From: Tubulanus polymorphus
Lineage: Eukaryota; Animalia; Nemertea
Direction of reading: 5' to 3'
Length of the DNA stretch: 64,000 nt
Assembly (NCBI RefSeq): GCF_964204645.1
Contig: NC_134025.1
Coordinates: 29,802,299 to 29,866,298, forward strand
Shown: piece by piece, positions 26,743-36,723 of the stretch
Numbering within the stretch: position 1 is the stretch's first letter
How the letters are laid out: each line of letters opens with the position of its first letter
Position numbers and translations under genes: made by a program
The notes under the pieces: generated by a model
The model's input: the letters and a program-made list of their open reading frames with translations, nothing else
Database searches by the model: none
Told to the model about the DNA's origin: nothing

Positions 26743-29700
26743 CTGTTAACAGCACTTGACCTGTGCTAATTACTGATATATCACACCAGCACTAAGTCGG
26801 TATTGGTATTAGAGAAACATTGAAATCCTTCTTCGGGTTTGCAGTCAACAAGATCGCAGATCCCCACATATCTATGTGCTAGTGCTCAATTAATGACCGG
26901 CCCAGAAATATGAAGGGATTAGTGACACAACTATTCACACACATGCGCTCTTATAGTGCAAGTTTGTACGAGTAGATTCTGTGAGACAAATGATCATTAT
27001 TACCAGCACTGACCTGTGCTAATTACTGATAAATCACACCAGCACAAAGTCAGTGTTAGTTACAGATAAAATATCGAAAACTTTCTCGTTTAAATCCTTT
27101 TTCGATGATTGAAACACCACAGATCCCCACATATTTATGTGCTAATGCTCAATGAATGACCAGCCCAGAAATATGAAAGGAGTCGTGATATAAGTATTCA
27201 CATGTAGTTCGATGCACTCCTAGTGCAAGCTCAGGTAGAATATGAGGATGAGTCAATTGATCACTGTTACCAGCACTGACCTGTGCTAATTACTGATAAA
27301 TCACACCAGCACAAAGTCAGTGTTAGTTACAGAAAACATCGATCCTTCCTGCATCTGTGTAGATCACGACATCACAGATCCCCACATACTCATGTGCTAG
27401 TGTTTTATAAATAACCAGCTCAGGAATATGAAGGGATCTGTAACAACTTGTGTGCCTTCAATCATAATTTCTGTCGAGTTTTGTCCTTTGCCCTGGTATC
27501 ATTTGGTGCTAGCATACAAACATTAAACGAGCTCTCACGTGATACCAGGAGAAACAAACCTTTGAATCTTCCCTGAAATCAAATCTGTTGTTTGGCATTC
27601 ACGTATACTGGTGTCAGTATCTTGAAGCGCTCCCAGCACAGGCCTGTGCTAGTAAAACATATAAAACTAGCACGAGACTTGAACTAGGAGCAATACAAAA
27701 CAATAAACGATGACCTGTGCTAATTACTGATAAATCACACCAGCACAAAGTCAGTGTTAGTTACAGAAAACATCGATCCTTCCTGCATCTGTGTAGATCA
27801 CGACATCACAGATCCCCACATACTCATGTGCTAGTTGTTTATAAATAACCAGCTCAGGAATATGAAGGGATCTGTAACAACTTGTGTGCCTTCAACCATA
27901 ATTCCTGCCGAGTTTTGTCCTTTGCCCTGGTATCATTTGGTGCTAGCATACAAACTTTAAACAAGCTCTCAGGTGATACCAGGAGAAACAAACCTTTGAA
28001 TCTCCCGTTTCTTCTATCTGTTGTTTGGCATTCACGTTACTGGTGTCAGTATCTTGAAGCGCTCCCAGCACAGGCCTGTGCTAGTAAAACATATAAAACT
28101 AGCACGAGACTTGAACTAGGAGCAATACAAAACAATAACGATGACCTGTGCTAATGTACTGATAAATCACACCTAAGTCAGTGTTAGTTACAGAAAACAT
28201 TGACCCTTCCTGCGTCTGTGTAGGACACGACATCACAGATCCCCACATACTCATGTGCTAGTTGTTTATAAATAACCAGCTCAGGAATATGAAGGGAACT
28301 GTAACAACTTCGTAAGGCTTCAACCATAATTCCTGCCGAGTTTTGTCCTTTGCCCTGGTTATCATTTGGTGCTAGTAAACAAACTTTAAACAAGCTCTCA
28401 GGTGATACCAGGAGAAACAAACCTTTGAATCTCCCGTTTCTTCTATCTGTTGTTTGGCATTCACGTTACTGGTGTCAGTATCTTGAAGCGCTACCAGCAC
28501 AGGCCTGTGCTAGTAAAACATCTAAAACTACCACCACGAGACTTGGACCAGGAACAATACAAAACAACGAGAAATGAGGATGAGACAAATGATCACTATT
28601 ACCAGCACTGACCTGTGCTAATTACTGATAAATGACACCAGCACAAAGTCAGTGTTAGTTGCAGAAAACATCAACATCTTTCAAATCCTTCTTCAGGTTA
28701 CAATATCACAAATCCCCACATATCTATGTGCTAGTTGCTTTATCGATGACCAGCTCAGAAATATGAAGGGATCTGTACCTATTGCATGTACCCGTAATAA
28801 TCCCCACCTACGCCCCAGTAACGTTCAAGTAAACGACATCATGCAAACGTCCTTTCAAATTGGCAGTAGACAATATCACGGATCCCCACATATCTATGTG
28901 CTAGTGCTTCAATTGATAACCAGACCAGAAATATGAAGGGATTCGTGACACAAGTATTCACTTTCATGCGCTCTTATAGTGCAAGTTTGTACGAGTAGAA
29001 TGTGAGGATGTGACAAATGTTCACCGTTACCAGCACTGACCTGTGCTAATTACTGATAAATCACACCAGCACAAAGTCAGAGTTAGTTACAGAAAACATC
29101 GAAATCTTTCGCGTTTGAATCCGTTTTCGATGAGCAAAACACCACAGATCCCCCCATATTTATGTGCTAATGCTCAATGAACGACCAGCCCAGAAATATG
29201 AAAGGAGTCGTGACGTAAGTATTCACATGTAGTTCGATGCACTCCTAGTGCAAGCTCAGGTAGAATGTGAGGACGAGTCAATTGATCACTGTTACCAGCA
29301 CTGACCTGTGCTAATTACTGACAAATCACACCAGCACAAAGTCAGTGTTAGTTACAGAAAACTTTGACATCTTTCAAACGTGTTGGAATCCTTCCTGCGT
29401 CTGTGTAGTGCACGACATCACAGATCCCCACATACTCATGTGCTAGTGTTTTATAAGCAACCAGCTCAGGAACATGAAGGGATCTGTAACAACTAGTGTG
29501 CCTTCAATCATAATTTCTGTCGAGTTTTGTCATTTTCCCTGGTATCATTTGGTGCTAGCAAACAAACATTAAACGAGCTCTCAGATGATACAAGGAGAAA
29601 CAAACGTTTTTACTTTAATTCTTGGTGATTTTAGGTGTCCGTATCTTGAAGCGCTCCCAGCACAGGCCTGTGCTAGTAAAACATCTAAAACTAGCACGAG

Positions 29701-30976
29701 ACTTGAACTAGGAACAATACAAAACAACGAGAATAAGGATGAGGAAATAGATCACTGATACCAGCACTGACCTGTGCTAATTACTGATAAATCACACCAG
29801 CACAAAGTCAGTGTTAGTTACAGAAAAAATATCGAAAACTTTCGCGTTTAAATCCTTTTTCGATGAGTGAAACACCACAGATCCCCACATATTTATGTGC
29901 TAATGCTCAATGAATGACCAGCCCAGAAATATGAAAGGGGTCGTGATATAAGTATTCACATGTAGTTCGATGCACTCCTAGTGCAAGCTCAGGTAGAATA
30001 TGAGGATGAGACAAATGATCACTGTTACCAGCACTGACCTGTGCTAATTACTGATAAATCACACCAGCACAAAGTCAGTGTTAGTTACAGAAAACATCGA
30101 TCCTTCCTGCATCTGTGTAGATCACGACATCACAGATCCCCACATACTCATGTGCTAGTGTTTTATAAATAACCAGCTCAGGAATATGAAGGGATCTGTA
30201 ACAACTTGTGTGCCTTCAATCATAATTCCTGCCGAGTTTTGTCCTTTGCCCTGGTATCATTTGGTGCTAGTAAACAAACATTAAACGAGCTCTCAGGTGA
30301 TACCAGGAGAAACAAACGTTTCAATCTTCCCTTTCTTCAATCGGTTGTTTGGCATTCACGTTACTGGTGTCAGTATCTTGAAACGCTCCCAGCACAGGCC
30401 TGTGCTAGTAAAACATCTAAAACTAGCACGAGACTTGGACCAGGAACACTACAAAACAACGAGAAATGAGGATGAGACAAATGATCACTGTTACCAGCAC
30501 TGACCTGTGCTAATTACTGATACATCACACCAGCACAAAGTCAGAGTTAGTTACAGAAAACATCGACATCTTTCAAGTTCTTCAGGTTAGCAGATCAAGA
30601 TATTCCCACATCCCCACGTGCTAAAATGACAGCTAGCACAGGAACATGCGGGAACCACGACAGATCCCATGAGACATCGAACAGAAACGCTACAAAACCT
30701 TTCCTAAGCATTACAAATCCCCACATACTCATGTGCTAGTATTATATCGAAACCAGCTCAGAAATATGAGAGGATCTGTATTTACTTAATGTACCATCAA
30801 ACATTCTGAGTTCTGTCCTTTGCCCTAGTATCATTTGGTGCATTAAGCGAGCTCCCACACGATACCAGGAGAAACAACGCTTAGTCCAATCCTTGGTGAC
30901 TGTGTTCCACGACGCTCCCAGCACAGGCCTGTGCTAGTAAAAATCTGAAACTACCACGAGACTCTGACCAGGAACG
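26743..30976 (-). ncRNA. Candidate microRNA cluster 2: about 36 tandem pre-miRNA-like hairpins (11 A, 12 B, 6 C, 6 D, 1 E; about 3 degenerate)
   Basis: A at ~26743, 27000, 27264, 27711*, 28142*, 28599, 29026, 29289, 29755, 30022, 30488. B at ~26859, 27122, 27374, 27808, 28235, 28708, 28877, 29147, 29420, 29880, 30132, 30712. C at ~27487, 27921, 28349, 29533, 30245, 30819*. D at ~27628, 28060, 28489, 29652, 30384, 30913. E at 30603. * = damaged. 3p arms are nearly invariant within a type, while loops and spacers vary. Confidence 0.85.
30603..30654 (-). ncRNA. Hairpin type E (single copy); predicted 3p UAGCACGUGGGGAUGUGGGAAU
   Basis: UUCCCGCAUGUUCCUGUGCUA pairs with UAGCACGUGGGGAUGUGGGAA with two mismatches; 10-nt loop. 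Confidence 0.6.
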
Positions 30977-31025
30977 CTACAAAACAACTTGACTGCTTGA
31001 CTGTGTCGTTATAAGATGCGAGACT

Positions 31026-31262
31026 TGAATGATGAATGATGGTTTAGTGGGCCCATTTTTATCTAAGAAACGATGGTTAATTGAGTAAATTAGTGTTTTA
31101 GTTTTGAGACACACGAGTGAACATCAGTGCGATCGATTCTCAATGTTTGGTTAATTAGTACTAATTAGAAGTTAATTAATACTCAAACTCGGGTTGAGTT
31201 TCAGAGATTTTTCTTTTAGTGGCACCTGCCTAATTGTTGAATAAACAAACAATATACAAACA
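31026..31262 (-). promoter_or_regulatory. Putative promoter of miRNA cluster 2 (duplicated block)
   Basis: Paralogue of 21841-22068 with the same 33-nt spacing from GATAAAAA (G at 31063) to TCATTC (31032-31027) and the TAATTAGTACTAATTA palindrome. Confidence 0.55.
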
Positions 31263-31852
31263 AGAGCAGACACAATTTCGAACTAAACCAACATCAAAAT
31301 CGCAAAAGAAAATGGATCGAATCAAAAATTCATTAAATTTTGGTTACCGGAACGTCGATAGCCTTTTTGATCGTAGTTAAATTAACTTAATGATTTTCTT
31401 TATTTGAAGACAAAGACAAGTTTTATCGAAATTAATTATCTCCACTTTGAGATACGTTTGGCATGTTGATAGTCGTCTGCGCGTTCTTTCAATACATTAT
31501 GGGCAAACTCTAGGGTTGGTTAGAATTCTTTGATCAAATTTGGTCCAAGACGAATAATGATGACATCATCTTGGTATCTGGGTTCGTAGGTTCCAATTGT
31601 CCATGGGTTATATAGGAACTTCTTCCACTGTTACTTTTATTAAGTTTTTCTTTATCCTCTTGTCTTATGGAATAACATTGAATATGCAACGGTCCGAACC
31701 TTCGTGAACACGGAAAACAACATTAAAATTAAGCTTCGATTGCTTCGTCGCTTTTCCGACAAACAAAATATACACAACTATTCTATAATTCATAACATCA
31801 ATTTCTTTATTCATCGAATCGATATAACTTAATATAACAATATATAAAACTA

Positions 31853-34800
31853 CTAGGTGTCGGGTAAAGTTCCTTTCAGATACCACACCATTCCTTTATG
31901 AACGCAATAATCCTAGAAAACAACAGCAAAAACATTAAAGACATATGAAAATAACCCGTTGAAGTGGAAAATTGAGATTGTTTTCAAACTGACCTTTAAA
32001 ATGCGTTTAGTATCGGCCTCTAGAGGTGCCTCACCAGTCACTAATTCAACTTGTTGTTTTAAAGCTGCATTACGTATTTTACACTGTTTAGTGAACATAT
32101 CTAACATAATACCGCGTATCTACAAGAGAAACAATCATTCTGTTTACTATTACAGTTTAATAAACCGTATGTAAGAGCAACAGTAAATGAAATACTCACA
32201 ACATCAAATTTATCTCCGGTTTTCGCCAAAGCGTACATCGGTTCTTCTTTACTATTCACGGGCCACTGTAAATAAATACATTGGGAGAACGATAAACACA
32301 CTCAAACGTGGTGAACGGATAATAAGATAAAATCCCACAATTTACAGATTAAAAGAATTTAAAAGCAATCTCACCCTAGAGATCATCGTCACACCTGACG
32401 ATGATCTCTAGGGTGAGATCGAAACGTCGTGTCTTTTAAATTAAATATTTTAGATTTAATAAATAAATTCTTGTTTTTAAATTCTTTTAATCTGTAAATT
32501 GTGGGATTTTATCTTATAAATACATTGTATACAATACATAAAATGATGAATTTCTAATGCACTGTAATTCTATATACAGAATATTTAATGCAATCTATCT
32601 TCAGCCATTCATATCAATTTAGCATGAAGTGTGGACCTTTACTCATAGTTCTGAACCAATGCGAAGTGTGGATGAAGTGTGGATGAAGTGAGGATGAAGT
32701 GTGGATGAAATGCGGATGAAATGTGGATGTTCATTATAAATTTAATAAGGCTCGAGTGAAGTTCTGAACACGTTTGAAGTGTGGACAATCAAAGATTGGA
32801 AGAATTGTGAGGAATGTGTGAGGGTTATGGGAATCCGAGGTCCATATATTACCTGATTATTTAACTTCACTCCCCCGACCTCTACCACAGTCTCTTCGAG
32901 CAGTTTCTCCGATATTCCTCCCGTTATCGATGTCTCTGACGACGAAATCTGCGCTAATTTAATCGAAAATAATCGTTTTAAATCCGATAACGAGATCACG
33001 TAGCGACTGTACAGTTTTTCCTGGATGAAATTGCGTAATTCCATTTTCACTTCCAGCGAAGTCGCATTGTCGTTCGTAGAATGAGTCTCAACGGATATTT
33101 CCATCGGAACGCAGTTTGATTCACCATTAACGCGAGCTATTTGATTATTATCGACCTCCATTTGAACGTTGGTCTCGTTATCGCTGGGTTCTGATTGCGA
33201 ATGCGCACGCGTTCGCTCGCTTTCACTTTTAGTACGCGATCGAGAACTGTTTCTGCGTCTCCTCGGTTTCTCAACAATAGCTTCAGCTACAAATACAATT
33301 TTGCTAATTAAATTTGGAAATGAACTAATTTTTACTTTACTTTGGAACTAGGTCCAAAACTTTCTTTGCTGTATTCTAATTAAGACTTAATTTATCACCT
33401 TTGATCTTTTTCTCCATTTCTTTAGTTATTTTGAGCACCTTCGCCAGTTGTTGATACTTTGCATCCCACAACATGTTTTGTCTTTGAACAACATCTGGAT
33501 GTCTGAAAAATATAGCGTCATCGTTTTTCGAATTTGAAAAAAAATATCAACACTCAGCCCTGACCTATATCTATAGCTTACTTGTCTATGAATTCCTTAT
33601 CATATTCCATAATAAATTCCCATCCAACGTTCACCCGAACTTTGGACATTTGTTGTAAGATATCTTTGACATCTTCTGCCGGAAGCTGAAACATAACGAA
33701 GGTCACGCTTCAAAACATATTACATGCATAAACTAACTCACGAAATAATATAAACACCAGTCGTACCTTTATCACAGATGAAATATCTTTTCGCACGATA
33801 AAACGATTTTGAGTAAAACGCCAAACCTACAATTAGAAAAATACACGATCATAGAATAATAGATTTTAACACAAGATTCATGGATTTGATATCAGGACAC
33901 ATATAAAGACTGCCCTTTACAGCCATTACTGCCATATGCTAGAGGTTCGTAAAATATCTATTATCTTTTTATCATTACTATTATAATGACAAATCTGCCA
34001 CCGGGTTTAGAATAACATACCACATAGTCGCGGCCTCGACACAAGACTTCAGCTGGTATTCCACTATGAGCACTACACGTATCCTTAGGATACAAAATCT
34101 CACTGAAATTATATAATACCATTTGACCGATTCGATCGTAAAAATTCTTGATTCAAACTCTTTAAAACAGAATATGATTTCAAATACCTTTTTACCATCC
34201 AGCAACCTTGAACAAGCATCGCGACTTGTTGTAGAGATCTGAGAGCTATCGCTGGATCTGTGTCTCGTGGTAACAATGCCATCAACTGACTGTACTTTAT
34301 AACTTTGGCTGAAAGAAAAACCGAAAACTATCGCGTTAGTCCTCTGCTGTAATGCACGCATCTTCATCGTAATCGATCGGAATTTGACAGTTATTTTACC
34401 ATTGATTAGTAATGCTTTGATTTGATCACTTATCGTCATAGTTTTTAACTGCGTCATTGAAAGCACATTGCTCGGTAAAGCTGGACGTTCTCTGAAAATA
34501 AATACCATTCATTCGATCATTACCTGCACAGATCATGGATCATCTACAATGGAAATTAGCGATTAGATTTAAACTTACTCGGTTTTGTTTGCCTCGGGTG
34601 GAAGAAGCATCGATATGTAATCTTTAGCTGAACTGTGAAATTCGGAAAAATCTTGACTTCGATTCGAGAACAAATTTACCTTTTCAGCTTCACTTAGTTC
34701 ACTCTGCAATCGAAACAATTTGGGACTTTGTACAATTATGAGGTTTATTTCCTAGATAAATTCAGACCTAGATGAATGAGTGAGAAAATCCAATGTTTGA

Positions 34801-36420
34801 TTACTGGGAAGTTACTAAATTTATCATTCCTGTCAAAATATGGTGTATTATTTACTTGTGAATGATGATATTCGCACGGAATCCACGATTCCTGTTGTTG
34901 CTGTTTATGCAGATATTCGTATGAAGCCAAACGCCGAGCTTTCGCTTCTTCAGATTCGGGACGAGAGAATCGAACTGTTACTGGTTTTGCTTCTTCCTCA
35001 ACTTCTTCCTGTAAATCACCTGAAATTATCATCAACAAGAGTTCAGTCACAGAGTAGAGAGCATAGACGGAATCTTAATCAATAAAAAAAAGCTTTTCTA
35101 AGCCATATTAAAGTATGCATAAATCTGCAGCCTCCTTGAACCTGCACCCTTTCAGATGTTCGCTATTCTTGTGAAGTGAAAGTTGGACGATCAGTTTTTG
35201 AAAATATGCTGTTTTAAAATGTCTAATGTTACAAATAAATATAATTTTCCTGTACACAGAGTTGTGTTCACAATACTGATATTGATACTCACCATCATTC
35301 TCTGATTTTTGTCGACTGTCTGCTTTATCCAAATAAGTAAAACCTGGCTTCAGTTGGATCAAACCGTGTAAAGGAGTAATGTGCAGTTCACCTAAAACAA
35401 TGAAAACACATTTTAAAATCGTTTCAACAAAAGAATTGAAAATTGCTTCGCGATCAGCTGAATTACTACCATTTTTAAATAGACCAACCGCGTACTGTTT
35501 CATCGAAACAACATTCGGATCAGAAATTAGAATCTGTTTATCCATAACATTTCTGGAAAATAGAGAAATTATAAAAAAACATCATTCCTGATATCATTCT
35601 ACAGATTGGACCGGTATTCTAATCGATACTTACGATTCAAACATGGCGCCATCCTCTCCGCCCCCGGCACCACTACTAGACGAGCCATCCACATTTAACG
35701 CTATCTGTTCGCCTTTACTCTTCGCGTAATTCGGACCTTGTGTATTTATTCCTAGCTCAAGTTCAACCTATTGTATAAAATCAAACATTTAAGGTTCGAG
35801 TAATTTTTAAAATTTGGAATATTTCTTATACTGAAGTTAGCCTACCTTTTGTTGAATAGGTTTTATTCTAGCCGCCAATCGCGGGACATTGTCATAAGGT
35901 AAACTAGCAGGTCGTACTGGATACTGAAAATAAAACAAATCAACAATAACAGAAAGCAGCAGCGAGCTTAGCAAGGTCCTTATCCTGTAGGTAGTAGCTA
36001 TTTAAACATTCTAGCTAGTTAATAATTGGGTAGCCTACCACTACTAGATATTGATTGGAGATTCACTAGAATCAAAACCATACCTGAAATAAGTAGAGGT
36101 TTTCTGCCAAACTCGAAGAAAGATACACATCGATCTAAATGTAAAAAGAGGCAAAGATTTAGTTAGATTAATAATAACAGGTAGTTTTGATTTTCAGCTG
36201 TAGATGGCGCTGAATGATGCCGGTGACGAGCTTATAACGCACTTTTAAGCCTTATCAACACTATATACATCAGTTAACAGTCACAGCACTCGCAGGATCT
36301 GAGAGATACTATCTTTCTTTAACGTTTAAACAGTAGCACGATTTTTCTAGCATTTTACAACAAGCTGAAACCACTAAAAATTACCTCGTGTTCAACTGGA
36401 TCGTCGTCCAAGTCAGCCAT
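31853..36420 (-). CDS. POLR3E: DNA-directed RNA polymerase III subunit RPC5 (multi-exon)
   Basis: MADLDDDPVEHE|IDVYLS..LYLFQ|YPVRPA; VELELGINT..NYAKSKGEQIALNVDG; YAVGLFKNGELHITPLHGLIQLKP; AMLVQGCWMVKS; C-terminal exon DYCVHKGMVWYLKGTLPDT-stop at 31853. Confidence 0.93.
32322..32517 (+). mobile_element. Penelope-like inverted remnant containing a minimal hammerhead ribozyme motif (32391-32432)
   Basis: ~42-bp outer inverted repeat; inside, acac-CTGACGA-t-GATCTC(tagggt)GAGATC-GAAAC-GTC-gtgt. Confidence 0.6.
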
Positions 36421-36723
36421 ATTGATGTGCGCGGACCACAACACGGACACTCAATCTCAGTACGACCACTTCACATTCTCAAATTCGGCTTTGAATCCAT
36501 ACAATCCATGCACAGAGAACTCCCAACAACAAACCCGTCACCCAAGAGACTAATCAACCCGCAGACGGTTTGAATGACAGGCCGTATCTGTCCGGATCGC
36601 ATTCCGGGTACTGCACCAGCCCCTGGCATGCGGGTATACGTCGAAGTCGAATACGGCGAAGTGAATGTGAAACTCCGAAATTTACTCAATTAATTTTCCG
36701 CCACGCCCGTCCGAGCGGCTAAA
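36421..36723. promoter_or_regulatory. Likely bidirectional promoter between POLR3E and ZFC3H1
   Basis: Divergent start codons only ~300 bp apart; locally GC-richer sequence. Confidence 0.65.

Noticed and set aside
20995-30924. Repeated short ORFs (MCAFNHNSCRVLSFALV...) in the arrays
   Set aside because: Non-ATG starts, frameshifts between copies and no splice structure; conservation follows hairpin arms rather than codons.
26743-30976. CRISPR-like repeat-spacer reading of the array
   Set aside because: The spacers are themselves repeated, units are over 100 bp, the context is eukaryotic and there are no cas genes.
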